This document shows positions 1-10,624 of a stretch of 64,000 bases of DNA, in pieces. The DNA comes from an uncultured Rubripirellula sp. (GTDB taxonomy: Bacteria > Planctomycetota > Planctomycetia > Pirellulales > Pirellulaceae). The stretch lies in assembly GCA_938045805.1 (NCBI GenBank), contig CALIBL010000045.1, positions 5,350 through 69,349 of the forward strand, read 5' to 3'. A program made the translations under genes and the position numbers. Under the pieces are notes generated by a model, which searched no databases, had not been told where the DNA came from, and saw only the letters and a program-made list of their open reading frames with translations. Positions within the stretch are counted from its first letter, which is position 1. Every line of letters starts with the position of its first letter.

Positions 1-1
1 C

Positions 2-622
2 GGACCCGACGGCCCCACCCATCATGGACTCTTCGACGTCAGCTACATGAGAGTCTTCCCGAATATGGTGTGCATGGCTCCGGGATACGCCTCGGAAGTT
101 TCCTCGATGCTTGATTTTGCAATTAAGCACGATCACCCCACGAGCATTCGATATCCAAAAGCATCGGCTCTACAAGCCGGTCATACTCCCGCTCCGATTG
201 AATTGGGCAAAAGCGAAATCGTGCGTCAGGGCAACGACGGAACCATCATCGCCTTTGGTGCGATGCTTGAAAATGCACTAGAAGCTGCCGAACGGCTCGA
301 GGGTGAACTTGATGTCGCAGTCGTGAATGCTCGATTTGCTAAACCCATCGACGAGGAGATGGTTCGACAGAGTCTCGAATCAGGCCGCTTCGTGATTACA
401 CTCGAAGAAGGCACTAAGCTTGGCGGTTTCGGATCAGCATTCCTCGAGAATGCGACCCAGCAAGGTCTCGACACTCGAAAGGTTAGCATTCTCGCTCTAC
501 CCGATGAATTCATTGAACACGGTGACCGTGACGACCTACTGCACGAACACGGATTGAGTGCCGCAGCGATTGCCGAGACATGCCGCGAAGCGGCTGCTAG
601 CGAAGCACACCAGAGTCTCTAG
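2..622 (+). CDS. dxs: 1-deoxy-D-xylulose-5-phosphate synthase, C-terminal fragment (5' end lies outside the window)
   Basis: The frame is open from the window edge. Translation GPDGPTHHGLFDVSYMRVFPNMVCMAPGYASE...IRYPKA...PDEFIEHG matches the pyrimidine-binding and C-terminal transketolase-like domains of DXS. Confidence 0.9.
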   Translation, partial: GPDGPTHHGLFDVSYMRVFPNMVCMAPGYASEVSSMLDFAIKHDHPTSIRYPKASALQAGHTPAPIELGKSEIVRQGNDGTIIAFGAMLENALEAAERLEGELDVAVVNARFAKPIDEEMVRQSLESGRFVITLEEGTKLGGFGSAFLENATQQGLDTRKVSILALPDEFIEHGDRDDLLHEHGLSAAAIAETCREAAASEAHQSL

Positions 623-657
623 TCGGTCATCGGCTAGTCACCACGAGGCGAGATGAG

Positions 658-1557
658 ATGCAGCACTCTTCCAATCCCGCATGGATGCAAGACCCCGAGG
701 TGAAACCCCGTGTTGTCATCCTAGGTGCACCCAATCGACAGCGAATCCAAGCGGAACTGCAGCGTTTGAGGCCGGCTATCGCCCGACACGCCGAAATCAT
801 TGCAGAGGATCTCGCGTTCGAATACGAATTCGCCTCAGGAAAAACGGATCAGAGACAACCGGATCTCGTTATCGTTCTGGGAGGAGATGGTTCCATCTTG
901 CAGGCAGCGCGGCAGATGGGCCGAAACCAAACTCCTGTTCTGGGAATCAATTGTGGTCGCCTCGGCTTCCTCGCAGATCTCTCTCCGGATGACTTTCTTG
1001 ACACCTGGCCACAACTGGCGAGCGGGGCGTTCGAGATAGTGGATCACCTCATGCTGAAAACCAGTCTGGTTCAGAATGGTGTGGTCACAGCAGAACAGCT
1101 AGCACTGAATGAAGCAGCTGTGCTCGGTGGACCGCCCTACCAAATCCTTGATATTGATCTCTTCGCCGACGGTCACCTAGCTACTCGCTATCGATGTGAT
1201 GGACTGATTGTTGCAACTCCGGTTGGCTCCACGGCTCAGAACCTCTCAGCGGGAGGCCCGATCTTGAGACGGCACCTACAAGCGATCGTTCTTTCACCGA
1301 TTAGCCCTCACACCTTGACCTACCGACCGTTGGTCGACTCGGCGGACACACAACTCGAGTTAGCAGTCGATGAACCGAACGAATCGACCAGCATCGTGGT
1401 GGACGGCCGAGTACTCGGCAAGCTGCTTCCAGGTGACCGAGTAAAGATCCAAAGAGCCGATCAAACCTTTCAAATGCTTTCAATTCGGGGGCGTGACGAT
1501 TACCGAGTCCTTCGTGAAAAGCTCGGATGGGGCGGATCGGTCCCGTCAAATCGCTAA
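658..1557 (+). CDS. nadK: NAD(+) kinase
   Basis: GGDGSILQAAR, NEAAV and DGLIVATPVGSTAQNLSAGGPIL motifs. The 299-aa length is typical of NadK/PpnK. Confidence 0.9.
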   Translation: MQHSSNPAWMQDPEVKPRVVILGAPNRQRIQAELQRLRPAIARHAEIIAEDLAFEYEFASGKTDQRQPDLVIVLGGDGSILQAARQMGRNQTPVLGINCGRLGFLADLSPDDFLDTWPQLASGAFEIVDHLMLKTSLVQNGVVTAEQLALNEAAVLGGPPYQILDIDLFADGHLATRYRCDGLIVATPVGSTAQNLSAGGPILRRHLQAIVLSPISPHTLTYRPLVDSADTQLELAVDEPNESTSIVVDGRVLGKLLPGDRVKIQRADQTFQMLSIRGRDDYRVLREKLGWGGSVPSNR

Positions 1558-1594
1558 TCGGCTTTTCCTCTGAGCCGAAGTCATCAAATCTCTA

Positions 1595-2548
1595 TTGCCG
1601 CAAATTGCCCGATCTGACACGATTTTTTCTGTCGTGAAACTCATTTTGGTGCCCACGCGGAGAAGAACCTTGGTGGCTCGCTTACACGCAACTCAGTCAA
1701 CGATTGTTTTAGCCTTTGTGATTGGCTTGGTGACCACTGCTACGGGAGAACCAACCGACCAGTCGGACTCCTATCTGCTGCGTTATAAAATGGAATCCGG
1801 CAAGCAACTTCATTACGAAGTCACTCACGCGGCAAAAACCAAAACGAGAATCCAAGGCGAAGAAGAAATCTCGCAGGTTCACACCACTACCCAAAGACAT
1901 TGGAACGTGATTGAAACCGATAAGAACACCTTCAAGTTTGAACACATCTTGGATGCGGTGGCGATGACCCAGCAGCAAGGTCAGCAGAGTGAACTGCGAT
2001 GGGATAGCCAAAAAGACACCGAGCCTCCCAAAGTATTTGGGCGAATTGCGGAACAGATTGGGCATCCGCTCTCAACCATCACGGCAAACGAAGCAGGGAA
2101 AGAACTCGAACGCGAAGCTGACGCTGGTACGAAAACCTCGCTGGGTATGGGATCGCTCACCCTGAGCTTCCCAGAGCAACCGATTAAAATCGGAGAATCT
2201 TGGTCGACCCCGCATGAGGTTCGTACCAGAACAGACAATGGCTCGGTAAAGATCATCAAAATCCGTCAGCTTTACACGCTTGAAAAGGTTCAAACTGGGG
2301 TCGCGTTCCTACGCGTTCGCAGCCAACCCCTTACTCCTATCAACGAAGAATCCGTTCGTGCTCAAGTGGTTCAACAACTCAGCAACGGTATCATTCGTTT
2401 TGACATCGACAACGGACACATGCTCAGCAAGCAACTCGACTGGGATGAAACCGTGATCGGCTTTCAGGGCGCCAACAGCCTGATGGAGTACCGAGCGCGA
2501 TTTACCGAACGTCTTGTCGACAATTCAGTCCTCAGCTTGAAACGCTAA
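1595..2548 (+). CDS. hypothetical secreted/membrane-anchored protein
   Basis: Long ORF with a hydrophobic N-terminal segment (TIVLAFVIGLVTTATG). No family recognised. The only candidate starts are non-ATG (TTG at 1595), so the 5' end is uncertain. Confidence 0.5.
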   Translation: MPQIARSDTIFSVVKLILVPTRRRTLVARLHATQSTIVLAFVIGLVTTATGEPTDQSDSYLLRYKMESGKQLHYEVTHAAKTKTRIQGEEEISQVHTTTQRHWNVIETDKNTFKFEHILDAVAMTQQQGQQSELRWDSQKDTEPPKVFGRIAEQIGHPLSTITANEAGKELEREADAGTKTSLGMGSLTLSFPEQPIKIGESWSTPHEVRTRTDNGSVKIIKIRQLYTLEKVQTGVAFLRVRSQPLTPINEESVRAQVVQQLSNGIIRFDIDNGHMLSKQLDWDETVIGFQGANSLMEYRARFTERLVDNSVLSLKR

Positions 2549-3100
2549 TAGCACCGCGGAAGTTGCGGGACCGCAAGAGTTCCCGACGGATGAACGATGC
2601 TGGGTTGCAGCCTGCCCCGCAGTCCTCAGTTTGAGGCTTTTTTTCGAGAATTGCGATATCCAACAAATGCAAGAGATCGCGGCGATTTGCAGGCAAGCGT
2701 AAGCCAGAGGAGGCACGCCTCTGACACCATTCAAAAAATGTTGAACCCAATGCTGCTCTCGTTCCTGCTCTTCATTTAAGATCGCTGCAAGCGACCTCTT
2801 TGGTTGCCAAGTCGATGTGTGCTCCCAACCATTTTTCGTTCGACGCCAACCGCGAGGTCTAACCGCTGCAACATGCGTCTCGGGAATACTCTCAGCTTCG
2901 TCAACAACGGGATCAAAGGTAAGGCCGAACGAACTTGCGATGGAAGCCTTTGCTCGCCGCACCAGATCAGAAGAGTCCTCCCTAAGTCCCCACGCACCCA
3001 TAACAAGAGCCACAAGTCCAGCGAGAACAAGCAATCGACCTCGATGGGGCAACAGTGACAGAGGTTTTTTCGCGGAGGTGAAGGGATCATTCGATGACAT
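2525..3100 (-). CDS. hypothetical membrane protein
   Basis: ORF 2525..3232, with the likely start at ATG 3100 (MSSNDPFTSAKK...). One TM helix follows (LLVLAGLVALVMGAWGL). No family recognised. It overlaps the previous gene's 3' end by 24 nt in convergent orientation. Confidence 0.4.
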   Translation of the reverse strand: MSSNDPFTSAKKPLSLLPHRGRLLVLAGLVALVMGAWGLREDSSDLVRRAKASIASSFGLTFDPVVDEAESIPETHVAAVRPRGWRRTKNGWEHTSTWQPKRSLAAILNEEQEREQHWVQHFLNGVRGVPPLAYACLQIAAISCICWISQFSKKSLKLRTAGQAATQHRSSVGNSCGPATSAVLLAFQAED

Positions 3101-3664
3101 CCCTTTTATCAGGAGCAAATAGGGTGCCGCTTCATGAGAAAATCTTAGGCAACTGCGAACTCTCGTATAAACATTGCTAAAGCATTTAATACGCTCCATC
3201 AAGATGATTGAAACGGGATCATTCGGTGACAATTTTCAACACGCCGCGGGACGGGTGATGACTTTTGGCAACACGCGAAACACAGCTCAATTTCACCACA
3301 AATCAGCAAGCCTTCCAGAAACCAAACCACAAATTCAATTCCGCTTTGCCAAGCTGGTTTTTGTGAGCTAGCTTTGAATGGTTCGAGAAGTGACCGGACA
3401 GAGGCCTGCCGATTCGACACAAGTGTTGAAGGACAAGTCACAGTATTCGGCCAGCATATGAACTGGATGAACACTACGAGGCGTTGTCGCTCGCCGAGGA
3501 AACCACCGAAGCCTCGGCGGGCGCGGCGTCTTACCGGATCGACCACCACTTTAGAGTGAACTTCGATCGAATCATCCGACAAGACACTTGTCCTTGATCT
3601 CGCCGGTGCCCCATCGGGTTCTCCCACCTTCCATTCGGAACAACTCACTTCAGCCGTCACACTT

Positions 3665-4675
3665 CTAAAGGCTGTACTTCTCGCGAAACGATGCGATATC
3701 GCGCTGTCGACCGAGCACCATCAACTCATCCTCCGCGTGAATCTCCGCATCGGCATCGGGATTGAATTCAAATTTCCCGCTCAAAGATTTGATGGCGACC
3801 ACCAAGACACGAAAATCACGGTGAGCAGCAGCTTGCGACAGGGTCATGTTCACCAGAGAACAATTCGAATCAACCCGCAATTCATCCAACTCGAAATCGG
3901 AACTACCTTTCTCGTCCACCAATCGAATCAACTGAGCGGTTGTAGGCCGTGTGATCATCCGCCCCATCTGCTTGGCGCCAACGACGGTTGGCATCACCAC
4001 CGTATTGGCACCAGCTTGAATCAATTTCTTCTCAGTGGTGTCTCGCTCTGCGCGAGCAATGATTTTGACTCTGGGATTCAAATTACGAGCGGTCAATGTG
4101 ATGAAGACACTATCGGCATCATTGGGAAAGGTACTCACCAGCGTTCCTGCAGCGAGTAATCCTGCATGTAGCAGCGTCTCCTCCTCGGTCGCATCACCAA
4201 TTACCGCGAGAAATTCCTCCGCGCTTGCCTCAGCGACCCTCTCAGCATCTGAATCAATCACCACAACACCTCGCCCCTGCATTCGCAAATCCTTTGCAAG
4301 GTTTCGTCCCATGCGACCGTAACCGCAAATGATCGTGTGCTCACTGAGTGCCTTGATTTCTTTCGTCATTTTTCGCCTCCCCAGAATGTGCTCCAGCTCC
4401 CCCTCAATCATCAATTGAAACAGACCGGTAAATGTGTAGACCGCGGCGCTGATTCCAGCGGCTATGACCAACATCGTCAGAACTTGCAAAGATGTCGGGA
4501 GCGTGGAGTGACCTTCGCCGTAGCCAACTGTTGAGATGGTGATCGTCACCATCCAAATCGCATCCAACCAACTATATCCGCCGACCAATCGGTAACCGAT
4601 TACCGAGAGCGAAAAAACCGCAGCTAGAACGATCGCGCCGACTCTGATGCGTTGCAGCGGCGTGCGAGTCATCAT
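3665..4675 (-). CDS. two-TM potassium channel with RCK (TrkA-N/TrkA-C) domain, MthK-like
   Basis: K+ selectivity filter TISTVGYGE sits between two TM helices. A Rossmann-like RCK motif (IICGYGRMGRNLAKDL) and a TrkA-C-like C-terminus follow. The start could be ATG 4675 (MMTRTPLQ) or the upstream ATG 4744. Confidence 0.85.
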   Translation of the reverse strand: MMTRTPLQRIRVGAIVLAAVFSLSVIGYRLVGGYSWLDAIWMVTITISTVGYGEGHSTLPTSLQVLTMLVIAAGISAAVYTFTGLFQLMIEGELEHILGRRKMTKEIKALSEHTIICGYGRMGRNLAKDLRMQGRGVVVIDSDAERVAEASAEEFLAVIGDATEEETLLHAGLLAAGTLVSTFPNDADSVFITLTARNLNPRVKIIARAERDTTEKKLIQAGANTVVMPTVVGAKQMGRMITRPTTAQLIRLVDEKGSSDFELDELRVDSNCSLVNMTLSQAAAHRDFRVLVVAIKSLSGKFEFNPDADAEIHAEDELMVLGRQRDIASFREKYSL

Positions 4676-4832
4676 GAAATCTTCTCCTCGTCCGCGACCG
4701 TTCAGGAACCTCCTGAGACACCATAAAAAAACCAAGCCATGCACGCATGCACGGCCTGGGCATTACGACGGATGAGCAAACCTGCCTGAATTGGTGATCT
4801 TGGCAAAGCCGCTCTTTGTCATGGATGACTCA

Positions 4833-5204
4833 TTACTTGTGGATGTTATGACAAGCTTTGCAGTTTGAAGCTTTTTGTAGAGCTTCGCCAGCTCCGTCTT
4901 TTCCTTCCAACACATCTTTGCTCGCCTTGACGAGCGCTGATGTCAGTTTTTTCCAGCTCTCAGCATCCCCTTTTTCAACCTTATTTTTCCCGAGTGCTAC
5001 AAGCATTTCATGTAACTTCTGCTTCTCATCATCGGATGCATCTCCGCCGGCCACCTTCTTGAGAAGACCACCCTTGAAACCGACCTTCATGATTTCCTTG
5101 GTCGAGTGTTTTGCACTGTCGGATTCTTCCGCTTGAGTTGTGACGTTCATGAAAACCAAAGGCATTGCAGCCAAGACGAATACCGACATGATCGTTTTCA
5201 ACAT
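4833..5204 (-). CDS. small periplasmic c-type haem protein, class II (four-helix-bundle, cytochrome c'/c556-like) candidate
   Basis: Signal peptide, helical Lys/Ala/Glu-rich body, and a single CxxCH (CKACH) located 4 residues from the C-terminus. That placement is the hallmark of class II cytochromes c. Confidence 0.55.
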   Translation of the reverse strand: MLKTIMSVFVLAAMPLVFMNVTTQAEESDSAKHSTKEIMKVGFKGGLLKKVAGGDASDDEKQKLHEMLVALGKNKVEKGDAESWKKLTSALVKASKDVLEGKDGAGEALQKASNCKACHNIHK

Positions 5205-5521
5205 TTACTTCCCTCACTCCTTACGTGAATACCTATCTCACCGGACCGACCGGCAAAAGTTCGGTAAGGATATTAAACCGAGTCGGCCGGAGCCAGAAGA
5301 ACCTCCGGATTTAGAAGCAATCCCATAAAAAAATCGCATCGGCCAACCTTCAGGTCACTTGTTCGTTTTACTAAAAAAGATCACCAATCCTGCAAGCCAA
5401 GGAAACACGCAACGGTCACCAAAGCTCATACTAAGCTTCCGATGTACGCGAAATCTGATCCTATGAGCAACCTGTCAGATTGAATTTCCTTGCCTCGCCG
5501 CCTGTGTGAAAATCGAAAAAC

Positions 5522-7018
5522 ATGAACTGCAACACCCCGAAGACCAAAAAACAAAATTTGCCGAATCATTCAGCAACATCGGCCAACACAGAGAAAGTGA
5601 ATCGCCGAGGGTTTCACAAGCAGGTCAGCGGAGCGATTGGCGCGCTCTCTGGATTTTATTTTTTACCAGCTTTAGCGGAAAAGAAGCTTGAGAAGCCAAC
5701 GGTTGCTGGGATTGGAATCGGTGGAAAAGGAGCCTCCGACCTTGCCGGTGCAAAGAATGCGGGATTCGAAGTCGTGGCCTTGGTCGATGTGTTCGACACG
5801 ACAAAGTTTTCGAGTGACGACCGCCGAGTCCAACGCATCCATGACAGCCGAAAACTGTATCAAGATGCACCGTTTTATTTGGACTATCGAGAGATGCTCC
5901 ATGAAATGGGTGACAAGGTTGACGCGGTAACAGTTTCAACACCCGACCATCATCACTACCACGCCTCCGCCTTGGCAATGAAAGCGGGTAAACATGTTTA
6001 TTGCCAGAAACCGCTAACGCATGGCATTTGGGAAGCTCGCTCCCTAGCAAAGATAGCCAAGCAGACTGGCGTTAAAACGCAAATGGGGAATCAAGCTCAC
6101 GCCAACGATCACATGAGGCGGTGCATTGAATTAATCAGAGCGGGAGTCATTGGTAAGGTTCGCGAAATCCATGCTTGGACGAACCGTCCTATTTGGCCCC
6201 AAGGTTTTGCGGCGACTCCGAATGCAGAAATGATTCCCGACGGGATCAATTGGGAACAATGGATTGGGCCTGCTCAGTGGGTCGATTACAGCCCTAGGAT
6301 TGCACCCTTTGGCTGGCGAGGATGGTGGGAGTTTGGAACGGGTGCATTAGGTGACATGGCGTGTCACATCATGGACATGGGCTACTGGGCGATGCAACCA
6401 AACACGGATCATTACCTCGCACCTAGTTCTGTGATCGCCAAGCAACAGGGCGCAACTGACCTCTCCCCGCCCATCAATTCAACCATCACCTGGGAGTTCA
6501 AGGAATCCCCTTACGCGACGTCAAACGGCTTCAAGTTCCACTGGTATGATGGTTATATCAACGCAAAGTTTAATCGAGAGTCTTGGCAACTCGAAAAAGA
6601 ATCAGATGAATACAACCATCCGGACAGTGAAATCCTTGAAGGCATGAACTTTAAGCATTTTGGAAGCGTGATCATCGGAGAAGAGGGCAAACTCTTCTTC
6701 AACCGCAGTAAGAAAAACTGGGTTCTTAAAACCTCAAATAAGATTGACCAGTTTCAATGGCCCGAACCATCGATCGCGAGAGCGAGAGAAGAAGACAACT
6801 ATAAAGAGTGGATGGATGCGATCGAAGGTAAAATCGACCAAAGTGAATCCAACTTTAACTTAGCTGGTCCAATGACCGAGACAATTCTTCTCGGTGTTCT
6901 TGCGCAACGTGAGCCCAATCAAAAACTGAACTGGGATCCGCAATCCATGCAGGTCCGTGATCGACCGGAGTTGTCGAAGTGGATCCAGAGAGAGTACCGC
7001 CAAGGATGGACCATCTGA
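5522..7018 (+). CDS. Gfo/Idh/MocA-family NAD-dependent oxidoreductase with Tat-type signal (GH109-like architecture)
   Basis: The N-terminal NRRGFHKQVSGAIGALSG resembles a twin-arginine signal. Rossmann segment GIGIGGKGASD and the family motif GKHVYCQKPL are present. Confidence 0.85.
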   Translation: MNCNTPKTKKQNLPNHSATSANTEKVNRRGFHKQVSGAIGALSGFYFLPALAEKKLEKPTVAGIGIGGKGASDLAGAKNAGFEVVALVDVFDTTKFSSDDRRVQRIHDSRKLYQDAPFYLDYREMLHEMGDKVDAVTVSTPDHHHYHASALAMKAGKHVYCQKPLTHGIWEARSLAKIAKQTGVKTQMGNQAHANDHMRRCIELIRAGVIGKVREIHAWTNRPIWPQGFAATPNAEMIPDGINWEQWIGPAQWVDYSPRIAPFGWRGWWEFGTGALGDMACHIMDMGYWAMQPNTDHYLAPSSVIAKQQGATDLSPPINSTITWEFKESPYATSNGFKFHWYDGYINAKFNRESWQLEKESDEYNHPDSEILEGMNFKHFGSVIIGEEGKLFFNRSKKNWVLKTSNKIDQFQWPEPSIARAREEDNYKEWMDAIEGKIDQSESNFNLAGPMTETILLGVLAQREPNQKLNWDPQSMQVRDRPELSKWIQREYRQGWTI

Positions 7019-7035
7019 ATCCATAGCAAGGAAAC

Positions 7036-7482
7036 CTATGGCCTTGGTCGTGATTGACGTAGAAAGTCATTCACGTTGGTGATCTCTTGAGGCTCTGGCT
7101 CAGAAGTAAAGAGGGAACTCCAGAAACCAGGTTCCTTACGTGTCGTCTGAGGTCCCTTGCTTCGATGTGACGCACTAAAAAACTTGGTAGGATTGTAGCG
7201 AGAGGGGCTGAACACCTCCTTCGTTTTGGCCCAACTCTTGGATGCAGTCGCAGACACCTCGGAAAAAAAGCTGTCCTTCTTCTCTGCGACTCGTTCCTTC
7301 TCCTCTTGGCTCGGAAAAATGGAACCGAAGTCAGGCATTTTCCAATTCATCGGATTCATCCCAGTCGCGAACCGTTGCACCGCACTGGGGGTTGTCTTGT
7401 CCTCACCGCGAAGCGTATTCGGAAGCACCATGAAAACGCAGCAATAGATACTGAGCAGACAGGTTTTAGAGATTTGATTCAC
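7036..7482 (-). CDS. hypothetical small secreted protein
   Basis: Signal-peptide-like N-terminus (CLLSIYCCVFMVLPNTLRG). No family recognised. Confidence 0.45.
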   Translation of the reverse strand: MNQISKTCLLSIYCCVFMVLPNTLRGEDKTTPSAVQRFATGMNPMNWKMPDFGSIFPSQEEKERVAEKKDSFFSEVSATASKSWAKTKEVFSPSRYNPTKFFSASHRSKGPQTTRKEPGFWSSLFTSEPEPQEITNVNDFLRQSRPRP

Positions 7483-7728
7483 CGCTTTCGACCAATTGTT
7501 GGGTAACAGTCCAGATATTCATCTTTCCGCTATTTCTCAGTTCTACTTATTCCAAGTCTTCTCCAATGGTTTCAAGAGCAATTATTTCTTGGCCCTATCA
7601 TCACAAGCTCACACCGCCAGTAGCTAAAATCGAATGATCAAGGGGTTTGACAGGTCACCGCTGACCACGGGGAGATCAAGACGCACGTAGAATTCACATT
7701 CTTCAGCTCAAGAATTTGCCTCCCCGAA

Positions 7729-9156
7729 ATGAATACACTCATTTCGAAGTTGGATAGATTGATGTCATTTTGCATGCCCGCACCGCAGCGTTGGATCGCT
7801 AGTATCATCCTACCCCTAGCACTTTGCTCAGAGTGGATTCACTCGCAGGAAACTCCACCCATTGCACCTGTTTCACCAGATACCCTCCCGTCGATCCAAG
7901 ATGCGGTAGAAGCTCACTTGGGATACGTCACCGACTACTGTTTGGATGAATATGGCAAGGATGACACGGGCATCTGGCTGGGACAGATCGATATTCGCAC
8001 GTCAAAACTTCCATCCTTGAAACCAGACACAGGTTCCACCCCACCCGCGACAGCGTGGACATTCGGAAACCTCTACCTGGATCAACCAACAATGGTTGCA
8101 GCAGTCGAAATGGGTCGCAGAACTGGCTGTAAGTGCTATCAAGATTCGATCACTCGGTACCTTGGTGATCAGCTGGAACGGATGCTTCCCGGCACCTCTG
8201 ATCCATTTCAAATGCTTCTCAGTTCTGATTACGACTTGATTCGAGATGAGTTTGTTAGCAGTGATCAATCTTGGACAACCTGGAACTACCTGCCGGCCTG
8301 GGAAATTCTAGCTCGTGAATCACCGGAATCTGTCCGTGTCTGTTTCAACAACTTGTTGAACCGCACCAATGCACTTCACCGGAAACTAAACAAGAACCCC
8401 CAAAACCCGATCAGCATTTCAATCACAGAACTGTGGATGGCACGATCCATCACGGTCGCTTCTCTCTCATGGATGGAAAATCACTTCGAAGAGGAATCAG
8501 AATCGTGGCGGCAAAAAGCTCTAGCGCTCACTCAACTATCCGATATTGATCTCAAAATCTTCAAACATTTACCAGCAGGCGTTAAAGCAAGTTGGCTCAA
8601 TGCCGTGACCTCACATCCATCGCTGGCTTCGCAACTCAGTGAGACTCAACAACGACGACTACTTGCTCCGTTTGTTCACGAAACCGGAGTACCATCTGAC
8701 GACCAAAGTCAAAATGAGCCCCCACCTGAAAGCAAGACACCAAGCTCCAAAATCTCATCCATAGAAGGCGAGCTACGTTATGCGGAGGCTTGCCTTACGG
8801 CTTGGACACAGACAAAACAACTGTCGTGGCTGGAACAGGCAAGGAGTAAACTACCCCCAATTGAAACAAGTTTAAAAGACCCAAAACCATCGTTCACGAC
8901 AGCCGGAACGTATGGCAGGGTGATCCATTTCATGAATCGGTACGGTCAACTAACCAACGAAGATCGATACCAAATACTTGCAAGGCATGTTGCCGACCAA
9001 GCGATGCAGACTTTCTATGAACCACGACTCGGAATGTTTCGAAGTCGCTCAGAATCCAATCTCTGCGACTCTCGAGATGGTATCGGTTTCCTTCTGCTGG
9101 CGTTGCTCGCACTTGATGGTGATGACCCAACCGTCACGAGCAGCCTCCGGTTTTAA
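7729..9156 (+). CDS. hypothetical secreted protein
   Basis: 475-aa ORF with an N-terminal hydrophobic segment (WIASIILPLALCS). No family recognised. Confidence 0.55.
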   Translation: MNTLISKLDRLMSFCMPAPQRWIASIILPLALCSEWIHSQETPPIAPVSPDTLPSIQDAVEAHLGYVTDYCLDEYGKDDTGIWLGQIDIRTSKLPSLKPDTGSTPPATAWTFGNLYLDQPTMVAAVEMGRRTGCKCYQDSITRYLGDQLERMLPGTSDPFQMLLSSDYDLIRDEFVSSDQSWTTWNYLPAWEILARESPESVRVCFNNLLNRTNALHRKLNKNPQNPISISITELWMARSITVASLSWMENHFEEESESWRQKALALTQLSDIDLKIFKHLPAGVKASWLNAVTSHPSLASQLSETQQRRLLAPFVHETGVPSDDQSQNEPPPESKTPSSKISSIEGELRYAEACLTAWTQTKQLSWLEQARSKLPPIETSLKDPKPSFTTAGTYGRVIHFMNRYGQLTNEDRYQILARHVADQAMQTFYEPRLGMFRSRSESNLCDSRDGIGFLLLALLALDGDDPTVTSSLRF

Positions 9157-9257
9157 ACTCAATCATCAATCCGAGTGATCGCTCTCGAATCCGTTTTCAA
9201 ATTCATTGACGGGCACCCTTTCAACTGTATCATTGCACCACTACAGCAAGGCAAGCA

Positions 9258-9665
9258 ATGCAGATTCACATTAAGTCAGACGGACTGCCAATCTACCAGC
9301 AGATTGCGGATCAAATCCGCCACCGAATCATTGCGGGGCAACTTGTGGTTGGCGATGAAATTACTTCCATTCGGAATCTGGCTGAACAACTTCGTGTGAA
9401 TCCAAACACCATTGCTCGGGCGTATCGCGAGCTGGAGTTAGAGGGTCTCCTGGAAAAACGAAGAACAAAGGGAACCTTTGTCGCAAGTCGCAAATCCCGT
9501 AGCAGCTTAAAAGAACGTCGCGAAAGACTGCAACCGCACCTCGATGCAGTGATCATCTATGCGTCACAACTTGGATTTTCAAAAGAAGAATTAATGGATC
9601 AATTGAAAGCCAGAGATTCCATCATTCTTCAAAACCGTTCCGGTACCGAGGAGGACTTGTCTTGA
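9258..9665 (+). CDS. GntR-family transcriptional regulator, YtrA-like (short C-terminal domain)
   Basis: PIYQQIADQIRHRIIAGQL..GDEITSIRNLAEQLRVNPNTIARAYRELELEGLLEKRRTKGTFVA is a canonical GntR winged HTH. The total length of only 135 aa fits the YtrA subfamily. Confidence 0.85.
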   Translation: MQIHIKSDGLPIYQQIADQIRHRIIAGQLVVGDEITSIRNLAEQLRVNPNTIARAYRELELEGLLEKRRTKGTFVASRKSRSSLKERRERLQPHLDAVIIYASQLGFSKEELMDQLKARDSIILQNRSGTEEDLS

Positions 9666-10624
9666 GTAATCTGACCGACGGCAATCTAGCGGTTGATGTT
9701 TCCGACTTGAAGCGTTGCTTTCGAGGTAAAGCAGCTCTTCAAGGTGTGAACCTCAAGATTCCACGAGGAACCATCCAAGGACTGGTTGGACTAAACGGCG
9801 CCGGAAAAACAACCCTCATCCGTCACCTCATCGGATCGCTTCGCGCCGAATCAGGATCAGTTCGCGTTCTGGGACACGACCCGGTCCAAGAGCCCGAGGG
9901 TGTACTCAAACAGATTGGGTACATGACGGAGGAAGATTCACTTCCAAAGTGGATGCGAGTGGGCGAATTAATTCATTTCTGCCGTTCAGTGTATCGAACA
10001 TGGGACGATCGATATGCACGTGAACTATCGGAAATGTTCTCTCTGTCCAAAAACACAAAACTCAGCGGTTTATCGAAAGGCCAGAGAGCAAGGGTTGGAC
10101 TTTTGGTCGCGATCGCCCATCGCCCCCTTCTTCTGATACTAGATGAACCAAGTAGCGGACTCGATCCAATTGCTCGCAGCGACATCTTAGAAGCGGTCAT
10201 TCGCACCATCAGCGATGATGGTCGAACGGTGCTTTTTTCCAGCCACCTCCTTGATGAGGTGGATCGTGTTTGCGACCACATTGCACTGCTGCACAATGGA
10301 AGAATCATTGATGCACTTCGCCCCGAAGACCGAGACCATCGCTATTCAGAGCTTACCTATTTAGCAGCAGAATCGTGGAACCCGCCAAACACAGAGACAG
10401 TAGACACGCAATGGCAGGGTTGCTTTGGCTGGAGACGCTCGGGCAAGGAGTGGACCACCGTTCTCAGTGGTGCAGATCATCAAAGCCCACCAACGTTTGA
10501 AGATGCCAAATTGATCGGGCAAGGACCGGTTTCGTTGCAACGTTGGTTCGAGGCAAGTGTGACTCATCACCCATCAAGCACAGTAAACCACGTTCAAGAG
10601 ACGAACGAGGCGGCAGATGGCTGA
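9662..10624 (+). CDS. ABC transporter ATP-binding protein
   Basis: Walker A GLNGAGKTT, signature LSKGQRARV, Walker B LLILDEPSSGLD and H-loop FSSH are all present. The TTG start overlaps the GntR stop (cTTGA). A ~90-aa C-terminal extension follows the ATPase core. Confidence 0.9.
   Translation: MSNLTDGNLAVDVSDLKRCFRGKAALQGVNLKIPRGTIQGLVGLNGAGKTTLIRHLIGSLRAESGSVRVLGHDPVQEPEGVLKQIGYMTEEDSLPKWMRVGELIHFCRSVYRTWDDRYARELSEMFSLSKNTKLSGLSKGQRARVGLLVAIAHRPLLLILDEPSSGLDPIARSDILEAVIRTISDDGRTVLFSSHLLDEVDRVCDHIALLHNGRIIDALRPEDRDHRYSELTYLAAESWNPPNTETVDTQWQGCFGWRRSGKEWTTVLSGADHQSPPTFEDAKLIGQGPVSLQRWFEASVTHHPSSTVNHVQETNEAADG

Noticed and set aside
3199-3660. 153-aa minus-strand ORF in the ~430-bp gap between the membrane-protein gene and the K+ channel gene
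   Set aside because: No signal, motif or plausible start context, and the composition is Cys/Arg-rich. It is more likely non-coding spacer. No RNA motif could be identified there either.
4731-4760. CATGCACG-CATGCACG direct repeat / imperfect palindrome near the K+ channel 5' end
   Set aside because: Only two 8-nt copies. It is too short to call a repeat element or operator without comparative support.
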